Below are positions 30,686 through 43,753 of a stretch of DNA of 64,000 nt, piece after piece. The notes beneath the pieces were generated by a model. The model was not told the origin of the DNA and did not search any database. It was given only the letters and a program-made list of their open reading frames with translations. The DNA lies in the NCBI GenBank assembly GCA_951406725.2, contig OX597828.1, forward strand, positions 30,194,001 to 30,258,000, read 5' to 3'. The position numbers and the translations under genes are program-made. How positions within the stretch are numbered: the first letter of the stretch is position 1; each line of letters starts with the position of its first letter. This DNA is from Octopus vulgaris. Taxonomy: Eukaryota.

Positions 30686-31402
30686 TTATTTATCTAGAAA
30701 TTTATTATATAAGTAAAGTAATTTGTGTCTGCATTTTATTTTGCGCCCATCCCAGGTTTTCACTAAATTATCATGCTTATAAAATAAAATGTCCTTAAAC
30801 TCATTTGAACATAAATAACAAAAATTCCCACCTATACTATATAATTTAGCCTTACTTATTATTTCCCATGTTAAATCATAATTAATATTTTGGGATTTAA
30901 GTCCCCAAATGTACTTACTAAGTCCAGTAGATTTAATTAGGATTTTATTTTTAAATGAATGCAGATGCTGTGCGATTCTTAATTTTATTTTAGAGGAAGT
31001 GGACCCTATATATATCGCGTTTAAGTTATTATTATTCTTATTATTCTCATTAAGTAATATAACTATACATTTATACACCACATCGTTAATATCACATTTA
31101 TTATTTAATTTGCATTTAGTTTTATCTCTACATGTACAGTTAATGAGTGTCTTAACGTTTTTATTGGTATTATTATATAATTTATTTTTATAAAAATTAT
31201 TCAGTTTAAATTTGTTAAAAGAAGAAATAATGTTACCTACACTATTAGTGGTAGAATAACCTACTCCAAAATTACTACCAGAGAAAATGTTTTTATATTT
31301 ACGTTTATCTTGAATGAATTGTTCAATAATATTTAAAATCTCTTTAATAATGTTCGTTTTAACTTGAGCACCATAAGGAACTAGTAACCACATTTTATTC
31401 AT
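30686..31402 (-). CDS. PLE C-terminal region: linker (W..VPYG.QVKTN), CxC-x5-C-x5-C knuckle and GIY-YIG endonuclease; no RT
   Basis: Motifs CTCRDKTKCKLNNKC, VVY...YIGST, R..QH..SF, TGLSKYIW.LK, W.II, CYLC..E and CRH are typical of PLE (Naiad-like) GIY-YIG domains. Confidence 0.85.
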   Translation of the reverse strand: MNKMWLLVPYGAQVKTNIIKEILNIIEQFIQDKRKYKNIFSGSNFGVGYSTTNSVGNIISSFNKFKLNNFYKNKLYNNTNKNVKTLINCTCRDKTKCKLNNKCDINDVVYKCIVILLNENNKNNNNLNAIYIGSTSSKIKLRIAQHLHSFKNKILIKSTGLSKYIWGLKSQNINYDLTWEIISKAKLYSIGGNFCYLCSNEFKDILFYKHDNLVKTWDGRKIKCRHKLLYLYNKFLDK

Positions 31403-31666
31403 ATTTTCTTCTTCTTCTTCTTCTTATTATTAAAACTATCATTATTATTGTTACCATTACTATTATTATATTACTTTATCATATAATAAGATTTAAATTT
31501 ATAATTATAATTAACATTTAAAGAATTATTAAAGTTATTATTTTTATTTTTACTTTTATTTTTATTCTTATTTTTATTTATATTATTTTAATTTTTATAA
31601 TTACTAAAATTATTACTAATATTACTAACATATTATATATATACATATATACATACCTATACACAC

Positions 31667-31710
<44 letters not shown>

Positions 31711-32945
31711 CAGGCATGTAAGAAGTAAATTAAACACCCTTATAATCATTAAAAATTATTTAAATCTGAAATTATACATTCAAATTATCTGTTAGTTGTT
31801 AAAATGTGAACACTCAATATTTAGTAGGAATGATCTTTACATTTATCAATGCAAGGGTCCTATTAGGCATGTTACTGATCAGATGGTGAATATAGTCTTG
31901 TGGAATTTCTATCTTAGTTTCATGCAATAATCTCAAAAGATCTGGCTTTGAAGATGCTTTCTTGTTCTGTTTTTGTTAGGTCTTGTCCATTATACCCCAG
32001 AGGTGTTCAATAGGGTTCATATCTGGTGACTGTCTTGGCTATGGAAGCTTTCTAATGCCATTTTTTCAACAAATCTTGGGTCATTTTAACCATGTGAAAA
32101 GGAATCTCATTTTCCATAAGCAGAGAGTCTTCTTTAATCATTTCACTCCTAGAGAAGTTTGGAAGGAGCCCTTTCTGCAATATGGACACATAGTTATTTG
32201 AATTTATCTTTCCCTCACACTCCACCATCTCTTATCAACCGTTGCTTCAAATTGTTCTCCAGACCATCACAAAATAGCTGCTGTGTTTCCTTGCTGGTTG
32301 CAATATTTTCACATCAAATTCTTGATTAGAGAATCTCCAGACCCACACTCAACTACTGTTGGGAAATACAGTAAATCTGGACTCATCAGAGAATATGACA
32401 TTGTCCCAAAATGGTCTCTCCACGAACTTACTGGCCACATATTTTCTCCGCTTCATATTGGTTGGTCAACGATGTGGCTTCCTTTCTTCCTGCTCTGCCA
32501 TAGTTACCAAGTTTGTAGCGATGCCTAACAGCTGTTCAGGGACTTGCTCTGCTTTACCAGAGATCTTGCAACGAAGATTATCCTCCACACTTCTCTTAAC
32601 AAGCGAAGAGTCCTGTCAGAAGGCCCTGGTTGAGCTGGACAAGGTCATGTGAACTCCTTCCCTTCTCTGGTGAATTGCACAATCACTCTTTTAACTGTGG
32701 AAAGCGGGATCTCAAGGTTTTCTGCGAATTTACGCTGGCTATATCAATCTTCAGCATGACCCACAGTACGGCCTCTTTGAAATTCAGACAGTTCCAAGGC
32801 TTCTTTGGTATATGGCATTATTAAACAGTCTCATATACAATCTGAAACATAAAAATGTCAATTGATAAGCAATATAAACCTTTACAAGTTAGGATAAACA
32901 GAAAACGATGTGTTCTGGGGTGTCTATTTCCTTTTAACATGGTTG
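31711..32945 (-). mobile_element. Tc1-family DNA transposon, full length but decayed
   Basis: Degenerate TIRs (CAGGCATGTAAGAAGTAAATTAAACACCC versus the reverse complement CAACCATGTTAAAAGGAAATAGACACCCC), flanked by TA on both sides. Confidence 0.88.
31814..32818 (-). pseudogene. Tc1 (DD34E-type) transposase pseudogene
   Basis: Manual translation gives MPYTKEALELSEFQRGRTVG... (HTH), VIFSDESRF, *PRQSPDMNPIEHLW and MPNRTLALINVKIIPTKY*. It has multiple stops and frameshifts. Confidence 0.88.
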
Positions 32946-33104
32946 TATATATATATGGACGTATATATATGGTAAAGAAGCATGGGGAAAAATATTGAGA
33001 TGTTGCCAGCGTCCCAAATATGCATTTTTCAAATATCGAGTTATATTTCTATATATACGTATGCATGCCTGTCCGCGTGTATACTATGCCTGAATGTATG
33101 TGCT

Positions 33105-33107
<3 letters not shown>

Positions 33108-33149
<42 letters not shown>

Positions 33150-33154
33150 ATATA

Positions 33155-33194
<40 letters not shown>

Positions 33195-33197
33195 TAC

Positions 33198-33228
<31 letters not shown>

Positions 33229-33243
33229 CATACATATATATAT

Positions 33244-33306
<63 letters not shown>
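33108..33306. repeat. (TA)n microsatellite
   Basis: Read directly. Confidence 0.95.
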
Positions 33307-33309
<3 letters not shown>

Positions 33310-35139
33310 GTTGTATAATGTCGACATAACGTGACAGTCCCGTAGAGGGAATTACACCATCGCTATATATCCCTAGGAGGCATTCGACGCTTCCTGTCGG
33401 CTTTGACAAATTTTGACATATATATATATAAATACGTGTGTGTATGTGAGCTTGTTTGTGTATCTGTGTATAGGTGTCCTAGCGTTACTACACTTATAGA
33501 AGTATATGTGAACCAACACGTACCTGTACGTATAGGCGTTTCTTAAAAGTCATCTATGGATAGTTGCATGTGTACCCATCCATGAAGGACAAATCAACAG
33601 TACAAAGAATCAAATGCGAATTCCATTAAAACAGCAACCACTTTAAGAACAGCAGAACCACCTTCGCACTACATCACCACACATTGAAGGCAGTTTGTCC
33701 ACGGCCCTTCAGCAAATGTACATCCTGATAAAGTCAGTAACTACTACTAAATTTAGACCACGACAGACAGAGAGGTTGTTCTTGAAGTAGAGGATTTAGA
33801 ACTTACATAGACAATATTTACATATCGCCTGGGAAAACACGATTATATGTAATAATTCAGGGAAAGGATTGCATAATCAATTACCCGCTCGCATGGAGAA
33901 CTACGTTGCGTAGAGGCAATCCTTGTGATTAAAAAATAAATATTCAATCGTACTCTTTTTTTAATCCAATATTTTCAATTAACTATTCACATACGACAGA
34001 TGCCCAAACGCAAACCTGAAAGTACGTATAATATTACTACTGGATAGCACAGGGTGAAATCTGAAGGTGGACAAGCTTTATATTTTACTCAACTATGTTC
34101 TTAACGGAATATACCATAACTATGGACATATACATATATATTTTCCGTATATAGTGTATAGTAAATTGGCTCTCGTCTAAGGAATGTGTTCGAAGATGAA
34201 ATAGCAAATATTATTTAAACTAAATTTGATCCACAACATTTTTTGGAAAGCAAAATATAATAATTTAGAAAAACGGCAAAATATTATCCAGAAAGCAAAT
34301 GAGAACATCCAAATGAAAAATAATGGAAAGATGTAAAATAAAATATTCATTTTAGAGTATTTTATTATCTATAATGAAAGATATTTAACACTGCGTGGCA
34401 TTAAGGGAGAAATCGTTTACGAAAATAAAATAAGCATAAATCGAATGCAATATGATATTTTCTCTCCGTAGTTTTAATTATCTTTACCTGCAGTGTGTGT
34501 CGGAATGTTGTACAGCGAGTGTAAATTCTGGAGTAATTATTTGTATTACATTCAAATTGTTGTAGGGGAAAGATGGTAAATGATAAATATTTTCATTAAA
34601 ATTCTATTGTTTAACTCGGAGAAAGATGAAAACAAATGGAGTAAAAATGATTAAAATAATTTGATTGAGTTTATAAGGATCAAAGATAAAAAAGAATGAA
34701 TGCCACTTAATTTTTTTCTGCTATGAACATAAATCTACTCAAGGCATAATTATTTGGAATTGATCTCAGCTCGAAAAACAAGAAAAAACATTGTCTAAGA
34801 TTAAGATTTTCCCAAAGATACCCCAGGAATTAAAAACACACATACACACACCCACATACAAGAGCACGCTTCACATACACACAAATGTATATCGTTGCTA
34901 CTATGTTAAACTGTCATATGTCCATATTTGGCCTAATGCATTCTTTTTTCAATATTTATTTATGCTTGTTCAAACTATCGTATCTCCAGCTGCTTCAGAT
35001 GCCAAGATATCAAAAATGATCAAAGTGTAGAACAAAGCTTTTGCTATGGAATGGTGAAACTATTTTTTCGTTTTCTGAAAAAAGCAACGTTTTGGACTTA
35101 CGATTCTTTTGCACAATAGCAACGATATTATGGGCACAC

Positions 35140-35415
35140 ATATATTTATTATTCTCCAAAAGAACCTGAGGGACGTATGCAAAGTGGATGTATATGTTTT
35201 CAAATCAAAACTGGATCTCTTCCTGTCAAGAGTCCGAGATGAACCTACTTTGCGGCAGGAGGCGCAAATGAAGGTAGCGACATCAAACTCCCTTATTCGC
35301 CAAATGCGACTCATCAGAGGAGGTTGCCAATGATAACAGTGTAGCAAAACGGCGGTGCCCCAGCATGGCCACAACTTTGAGCTGAATCTAATAAAATAAA
35401 TAAATAAATAAATGA
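35140..35415 (+). mobile_element. 3' end of a CR1-group LINE with (TAAA)n tail
   Basis: The peptide LQKNLRDVCKVDVYVFKSKLDLFLSRVRDEPT...SNSL parallels FKKSLDRFLQEIPDKP...NNSL at the end of the 47609-48391 ORF. It is followed by a short UTR and tail. Confidence 0.75.
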
Positions 35416-35441
35416 ATGAACTCAACCCCACATGAGTAGCC

Positions 35442-35443
<2 letters not shown>

Positions 35444-35500
<57 letters not shown>
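35444..35500. repeat. (GA)n microsatellite
   Basis: Read directly. Confidence 0.95.
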
Positions 35501-35503
<3 letters not shown>

Positions 35504-35613
35504 GAAACAGGTAGAAACAAGGAAAATGCCACTTGTATTTGAACACTATGCAAATATTCCTTTAAATAACTTTTCTTTTAACTTTTCCAAAATTTAATTG
35601 TTTTCCATACCTA

Positions 35614-35649
35614 CAGTTGAAAAAGTCTCAATGACTGAAACCGGTACCG
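35614..35649 (+). ncRNA. Degenerate minimal hammerhead (probably inactive)
   Basis: cag-TTGAAAA-agtc-tcaat-gact-GAAA-CCGG-TA-ccg. It differs from CTGAAGA by two substitutions and has a perfect 4-bp stem II and palindromic stem III ACCGGT. Confidence 0.45.
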
Positions 35650-35736
35650 AAATGTTTTTTATAAAATTATTTTAGCATTCTCTATCTTGACTTTTTTCCA
35701 TATATATACGTAAGCAACAAGGATATCCAGAGGTAA

Positions 35737-35821
35737 TGCAGTACGATCGTTTCATACAACTCCATTTAATTGAACAATAGAACCATTACATCCATTAATT
35801 GCAGACCAATCCTCAGCTGCA
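35737..35821 (-). ncRNA. Type I hammerhead ribozyme
   Basis: Minus strand reads UGCAG-CUGAGGA-[imperfect stem II]-GAAA-CGAUC-GUA-CUGCA. Stem I is a perfect 5 bp, the core is intact and stem III is palindromic. Confidence 0.82.
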
Positions 35822-36759
35822 CAAAGACATAGCTTATAATTTAATTAGAACAGATGGATACATTATTATAATTTTACCTAAAATCTCCAAGAACTTAAGG
35901 AGATAGACAAACAACATTGTTGCCCTTCCTTCCACTTAGAAGCTACTAGGTAATCAGGAAAAAAGACTTGTTACAGTTTTTGCTTGTCACTGTTTTATAG
36001 GGGCAGTTTTAATTTATAGACTACAGAAATCCTTTATATCTAAGGCCGAGAGAACAGGAGGCAGTGTCTGTTAGGGGGGTGGCTGATGGCGTCATCAGAA
36101 ATCATAGTGGGTATAGTCAGAAAAAGAAAAATTTATTTGAAGCAATATAATGAGATTTGATAAATGAAAACTTAAATCAAGATGTTAGCTGACAACTAAG
36201 GGGGCTGGCCACTAGCAGACCATTGATAATGAAACAGGGGAAATTTTATCATGTAGTACTATAAGTAAATATTTTAAGCAATACTGTTATATTGTAATAA
36301 AGTTAAAGTTTAGGTTTATTCAGAGGATTATTTAGAAGAATAATTATAACAAAAGGATAAAAAGTTTTATGAATACATTTGAGTATGTACCAAACTTTTA
36401 CCACAATAGAGGGAGGAAAAGAAATTATCCAGAAATAGTTTAATATTTATACATATTATAAACTTAAATACTAACTTATCAGATGATGTCAGTGAATATT
36501 GATCAATTGGAATATACCGGTATTTGATAAAGGACTACTGAGGTAAAAGAACATGTTAACGGTATATTAATTAAATTTTAATCTAAGCAGTTTATTATAA
36601 GCTACGTATGAATATATAGAGGTACAAAAAGTAGATTTATTTTATAAATAAATAAAGGCTATTATAAAATAATGTAGAAATAAAATAACCAGATAGGACA
36701 GAACAACATAGAAAAGAAATAAAATAGCTTAATCACTAAAAACATTATAAAGTATATAT

Positions 36760-36941
36760 ATGAACCAATTTCACGGCAGGAGGTGCAGATGAGGGCAGCT
36801 GCATCGAACTCTCTCATGCACCAGATGGCATTTGCTAAAAAGCATTCGTGAAGTAAAATCATGTAGCAACACCAAATGGCGTTGCCCCAGAATGGTACAG
36901 CTTGTGAGCTGAAACTAAATAAAATAAAATAAAGTAAAATA
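36760..36941 (+). mobile_element. Short 3' fragment of the same CR1-group LINE as 35140-35415
   Basis: GAACCAATTTCACGGCAGGAGGTGCAGATG aligns with GAACCTACTTTGCGGCAGGAGGCGCAAATG at ~35,240. It has the same 3' motif and a (TAAAA)n tail. Confidence 0.72.
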
Positions 36942-37196
36942 TGTAGTTTATTAACTGAAATAGAGAAAATGTGTAATAATTCAAAATATACTAAACTAAA
37001 AATTATATATTTACTTGTTTAGCTAGTATTAATAAAAACTGATATCTCGTATTGGCTGAGGGGATATTTATCTTACTATACTATCCGAGTAATATAATGA
37101 CAACCTTTCACTGTTTGTCCTAAATTATAACATATATAAATAAACTCCATTTACCTAATATAGAGTTGTCTTTCTTTTGTTGTTACTTTTTATTAT

Positions 37197-37357
<161 letters not shown>

Positions 37358-39747
37358 ACACACACACAAAGCGGTACAGGTGAAACGAAAGACACTTTCG
37401 GTACCCATAACTATACAATGAAGAACGACTTATATCTAATATAATAATTTTAAAGTTTTATAAAAGCTATATAATATTTCTGTGAATATTGCCAATTTCA
37501 TAAATTTTCGTTCCTCACTAGTTTCTATATTTATTTTATTGCTCCATGACATTTTGCTGTTTCTCCGGAGAACATTACACCAAGAGATGTATGATACAGT
37601 ATATTCTTTTTAAAAATTGCATGGCATTATAGAATTTAAATATTTGTACAAAAGTTCAAATACCCGATATTTTTTCTAGATAAGTTAGTGTCATTTTAAA
37701 GTGCTATGATTTTGATTTTGAACTTCTTTCAATATAAACTAATTATCTCCGTATTCATCGGAGTAGAACTTGCTGTTTCCGTATGACGCAAAGCATCACC
37801 GATGTTTATTCCACCATGAATCTGGAAACATCTTAAGATTCCCTAGGTTATATATCCCGAGAGAAGTTAAATGCTTATAATATAATGATATTTCTTATCT
37901 CTTAAGACGGATGGACACTTAACAGTGTCATTTGAAAACTACGTTTCGAAACTAGATCATTTCGTATTCAATTTAATTTCACGTTACCTTGAGCATGTTA
38001 CCTTGAGTAACATAAAATCTGTAACCCTACCAATCTCAAATGTCTTTAAAACGTTTATGGTGCGGATGTTTTCCTCTGACTATGCAATACAGTATCGGAA
38101 CAAATATCCTGAAAGCTACGGATTGGAAGTGGCCCGAATATCTGGGAACACACAATCTAAATATTTGTACTGAAATTATAAAAATTAACCATGAGAAGTA
38201 AAGAGGTAAATTTCATCCAACATAGTCTCAAATTAATATGTTTCTAAAGCAGGATCTGTTTGATATCAATTAATCAATATAAAATACTTCGAGTGTATCA
38301 TGATGTATCATGTATATAGCATTATGTTTATAACATGAACATTGACAGGAAAAAGTAAAGAATGTCGTTTTATGTGTTAGATACAGGTAGAGGTACAGAT
38401 TAATACGCTTCTGAAACAGGATATGTTTCATATTTACCAATCCACGTAAAAAAGTATTGAACAAAAATATTTTAACACACCGTATGAAAATTAGCCAACT
38501 TGTAAAACATTGTCACTATAGGGTACAGTATACTGTATGTTGTTAAACCGTATTCCTGGATGAATGGAAGACGAATAAGAGGTCCATTGCTATATATTTG
38601 TGATGAATGTATCATCAGTAAAAGCTTCTGAGAGTAACTTAAAAAGGTACTGTTGAAATAAAATTGCTAAATTCGTATGAACTGATGCTGCAGGGGATAA
38701 TTGTTCAATCTGAACGTACCATACGAATCATGCATCAATAGGAATAGTGACACAAAAGAGTGTGCCGCCTGCTATACGGTTCGATTGTGTGTGCTTTGGT
38801 ACTGTAATTCACACATTGTTATTCTATCGCACGATAGGATAAGCCGGAGTCAAACAATCGGACGGTTCTGTATTGGGAATGATATGCTACAATGGAGTGC
38901 ATAACATCAGAAAACTGCACCTAGTTATATAATGACTCACCATATATTACACTACATGATACAAAAATAATGCAATTTGATACAATTCAATGCATAACAT
39001 ATGATATAATATTAATTGCCATACTGAGTGGTGGATGCAATGTTTATGCTACATTAACTGAGAAAATGAATACAAGCATCATGATGCATTGAATATCTCT
39101 TAACAGTTTAAAAAGAAATATATTACTGGTTTTATAAATTAAATAATGTGAAGTTGAGCGTTATTTTGCATAGCCTTTGATCACTAAGCAAATTGAATAA
39201 CCGTTGGATCTTAGGTGATTTAAAAGTTTTTAGACGCCAACGGAGTTGGTATAATTAAATAAACAATTTGGGGAAAGTTTTTGCTACAGAGCAGCCATAT
39301 TTCAAATCTGACATATCAAGTTGAACAAAAGGAATAATTACGAATTTAATGAGATAAGATGACCACCTCTTGTATTGGGTAATTTCAATATCAAATGGGA
39401 TCGTTCAATGTCATGTATTCTCCAGAAAGAGCAATCATTAAATTATGCAATAAATTAGAGAAATTAAGATATGAAGTAATTAGCTGAAAATGAGAAAATG
39501 ATTAAGGTAAATAATGGTTGCGTGTAATTCACTCAATTAATGAGATTAATTAAAATGGTAATCCATCACGTAGGAGATTTATCATACCAGGAATATATAA
39601 TGAATCATGTTGCATTGGTAAGTTGCAAGCTGTCAGGCATTTCATTAAATCATTAGTAAAAACTTACGACAGCTTCCGTTAATTTAAATAGTGATCAACA
39701 GCACACCGTTCACTTTACACATATACACGAAACCACAGGCACATATA

Positions 39748-39793
39748 CCTATATATATATATATATGCATACATACACATACACACGCACATT

Positions 39794-39841
<48 letters not shown>

Positions 39842-39858
39842 CATATATACATATACAT

Positions 39859-39908
<50 letters not shown>

Positions 39909-39915
39909 GTATATA
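39748..39915. repeat. Compound (TA)/(CA)/(TG) microsatellite
   Basis: Read directly. Confidence 0.9.
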
Positions 39916-40205
39916 AGTATGTGTAAATATCTTTATGTAGGTACAAACTCGTTTAATGAATGGTCGTCTATATTCAAAATGAATTTGCATAAACCCAGTG
40001 CAAGTTAATGTATAAAGCAGGTGGTTGCAGAAACTCATACGCTTCGTTGGTTTGATACTGGAATTTTGGAGGATTAATCCTTTTGAATAGCAATCACTGC
40101 CATCTTGCATGCAAGTAGATCTTTCAATCAACAGATTCCGGGTTTTTTTTTCGCGGATACAACATTAAAAGGTGATGAGGATAGATCGTAGCCATTTCTA
40201 ACACT

Positions 40206-40350
<145 letters not shown>

Positions 40351-41384
40351 ATTACATGTAATAGCTCGCTCAGAGATGTATTATATTATATTATATATAT
40401 ATACATACATATATATATGTATATTTCTGCGCGTGTATATACGTGTATATATGCGTGTATTTCTACGTATATACTCAGATACCAGTTTACTTTTAAATTT
40501 ATATTCAATGTGTATGTGTGTCTATGTGTGTCTATGTGTGAGAAAGACAGAAAGATAGAGAGACAGAGAGATAGAGAAAGCGTGAGAGAGAAAGAATGGG
40601 AAAGAGAGAGATGCAGGGAGAAAGTGAAATCTAGAGAGTGTGACACCGAGAGGAAGAATATGCTTTATCTCTATCTCATTTTAATGTTGAGATGCCATTA
40701 AAGGACGGCATCCCGTGGCCATTGATATGACTAGAATAAAGTGTATCCGCAAAATTAATTCGTTTTCATCTGACAATCTCTACATATATGTAGATTAAAA
40801 ACGAAGCGAATAAAAATACAGCAAGAGCAAAATGTAATTCGCTTAGATATCTTATTTGGTATCTCTTGGATAATTCCTGGATATTCATATTTATATGTTT
40901 GCAGAATATATTAATATTTAGTTGGCGGTTGATTGCACATAATGCTGGTCCACGAACTCATTAATGAATTGCAAAATTACAGGATTACTTTTGGGATTAT
41001 ATATTAGTCAAGTGTTTAATATCCACTAATGACCTGCCTCATTCATTAATTCCTCCTCTAGACACATAAATATCAGTTTAATGTAGTAATGGCTTAGCAC
41101 ACTTTAGGAAATGTACATAAACATATTCGGACACAGGCTTATGTTGGTGAAAGCATAATGATATGCTGTCAGTAAAATACTAGTGATAAGATCGGAGAGA
41201 CATATATATTACTGATACGCAATCCTAGTATCATTACAAAACAATAATTAGCACACGTATAGTTATAACTGTTAGTGATTGCTAGGGATATGTAGTGCAT
41301 ATTTACGAGGATATCAATCGTGACGTCATCGTCCCCATTTTGTAACCGCCATCATGTTATGTTTAGCGAATAACAAATTATATA

Positions 41385-42089
41385 TTGGGTCATCCCATAA
41401 AAAATGCGTTTTATTTTATACTTATTTATTTTTCAAAATTATGATAAAGAAACTTCTTCTTAAATCTAAAATATAGTCCTCTTAATTTTCTACAATGTTC
41501 TTCCATTTATCTGGTAGAGTAGCAATGCCCCTTTTTCCAAAATTCAATTGTCCGTGAGGAAAACTACTCCAGCAGTATCGTTCTGACCTCGTCTACTCGC
41601 AGTAGATCTCCTTTGTTATCGTTTGGTTTGGGTGTATATGTTCAAAGTGGATTAAGCCGTCCATACCCCTCCAAACAGTTAACAACGGACGTTTGCAGGA
41701 AGTCCTCATCAAATTCTACAGATTTTCCAGGACGAGGCATGTCTTTTGAGTTGTAGTTCCCGTCCAAATTTCTCTGAATTTCTGTAACCACCGTTGATAC
41801 TGACTCACGCTAATTGTCCGATCCCCATATTACTCGCCCTTTCCGTTGCGTTGTTGCCTTTATTGATCTCGTAAAGCAAAATAGACCGAATATTCTCCTT
41901 TGTCACTTCCCTTATTTTTTGAAAAATTAATATTAAACTCGCTGCGCTCTTCAAAACTTACTTTAAGAATAAATACAAAGTAAAATTACTACCTGCTTTT
42001 ACAGCAAGTTGATGCACGTAATTTATCCCCTCTCCTCCGACTTTTAGTTCATGCAATTTCAAAAACGTATTAACAATCGGATGACACAA
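41385..42089 (-). mobile_element. Internally deleted mariner (DD34D-type) element
   Basis: TIRs TTGGGTCATCCCATAAAAAATGCG and rc TTGTGTCATCCGATTGTTAATACG, with TA on both sides. Minus-strand peptides EVTKENIRSILLYE, YQRWLQKFR, DMPRPGKSVEFDED, LTVWRGMDGLIHFE and GIATLPDKWKNIVEN*EDY. Confidence 0.85.
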
Positions 42090-43361
42090 TATCACAGTTC
42101 TTCGAATACGCAAAAATTGAGTGAATACACACAAAAGACAAACTAACTATGAGAAAAATTTATAGGACTACTTGATCAGAACTCATGAATTTATGCCTAT
42201 TGACGCGGCATTATGTTTCTTAAGATTAAAAAAATATATAGTACTGGGAATATTCAGCATATTAATTTAAGTTTGCACAGATCCTAACCATAGTCCAATA
42301 CACGTTTCGATAAGTGAAAGTGTCGATAAGTTCAGAGATTGCTTCTCATTGCTAGTGTTGAGGATTTTGTTATGAATCAGGGACACATCTATGACAAGGA
42401 GTGATATATTTTGCCACATTGATCCAACGTATGAAAGAATGACTCTGGTGAAGCAGCCAATGTTTGGTCTTTAAATAGTCATTTGAAATACTAGAAATAA
42501 CATCTTCAAACCAGCAAGCTTCGTCGTAAAAAATGCCACAAAACTTATAATGTAATAAAAGGTACTGTTAGAATAATATAGGCGAAATGCTTACCAAATG
42601 ATATTTTAGCGATAAAGTTTAAATGAACGAAAGAATGTTGAGATATGAAAGGGGACACAGTATATTGTGAGATGAAAGTTAATCACACCTGCTAGCATTT
42701 GCAATGATGAGACAAAACGGTAACAAGGAATTTTATGGAATCAGCACATTGAATTATTTTTTACTACTTAATCAATAGCATAAACCTGGTATGATTTTCA
42801 GCAGATTTTAATTGATCATTAGAAAGAACCCATATTACAAACATTTGTGGGTGATGTAATTATAAAATCTGAATCAGGTTATCAATAATTTGTTAGCCAG
42901 CTCCCAGACCTCTGCAATCAACAATTCCAAACTAGCTTCGTTGCTAGGATGCCTGATTAATATTTTAATGTTTCCGTCTCGTATTCACCTATCAAATAGT
43001 TTGCTCCATTTAATAATGTGTTATCTATCTGATCTAACGGAAACAGATGTTCTCAGCGCTATAGTTCTATAATACGAGTGAATGTACGAACATACTGACA
43101 TTTCATTACAGTCACGATGATTATGTCGGAAACTAAATTTAATATGCATTCCTCAGTAATTTCACAAAAGTCTGTTTGAAATGTTTAAGAGGCAACAATG
43201 GCGACAACTTATAGAAATGACAATATGCTGATCTATTTCATGTGTACGCACACGCCATAACCACATAAACACACCGTCCCCCCAAACACATTCAAATATA
43301 TGTGTATGCTTCTGTATTTATATACCCACATATATATGCACTATGTTTACCCTATATGAGA

Positions 43362-43362
<1 letters not shown>

Positions 43363-43433
<71 letters not shown>

Positions 43434-43493
43434 GTCTATGTATTTTTCTATCTATATAAATGTAAATACATACATGAATGCATGCATATACAT

Positions 43494-43550
<57 letters not shown>
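43363..43550. repeat. (TATC)n and (TA)n microsatellites
   Basis: Read directly. Confidence 0.9.
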
Positions 43551-43555
<5 letters not shown>

Positions 43556-43643
43556 TAGATACATACATGCAAACACTCTCACACACACGTGTGCGTTGAA
43601 ACAGACTAAAAAGGAACTGCTCTTAGTTGGCATCGGTATAACG

Positions 43644-43700
43644 TCTATTATTTACGAAGGTCGCCAAAAAGTCCCCAGTAAACTTGACTGGGAGAGAGAA

Positions 43701-43753
<53 letters not shown>

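Larger units (their letters stand above)
28394..31635 (-). mobile_element. Penelope-like retroelement (Naiad-type), 5'-truncated: linker + GIY-YIG ORF, ~2 kb 3' region and terminal hammerhead
   Basis: GIY-YIG ORF at 30686-31402 and a same-strand HHR at 28530-28623 followed by AATAAA-rich sequence. It is bounded by (TA)n at ~28,383-28,393 and ~31,636. Boundaries are approximate. Confidence 0.75.

Noticed and set aside
30909-31193. Plus-strand ORFs antisense to the GIY-YIG genes (also 62807-63037 and 63263-63631) and ORFs within the Tc1 relic
   Set aside because: They are shadow frames of the minus-strand coding regions.
33307-33420. Short unique insert between (TA)n tracts with TAAC...GTCCC...GTAGAGGG (twister-like words)
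   Set aside because: The required stems and pseudoknots could not be formed by eye.
36476-36530. TTATCAG-ATGATGT...GAAT-ATACCGGTAT-TTGATAA possible decayed hammerhead
   Set aside because: At least three core changes are needed. Only the flanking inverted repeat is solid.
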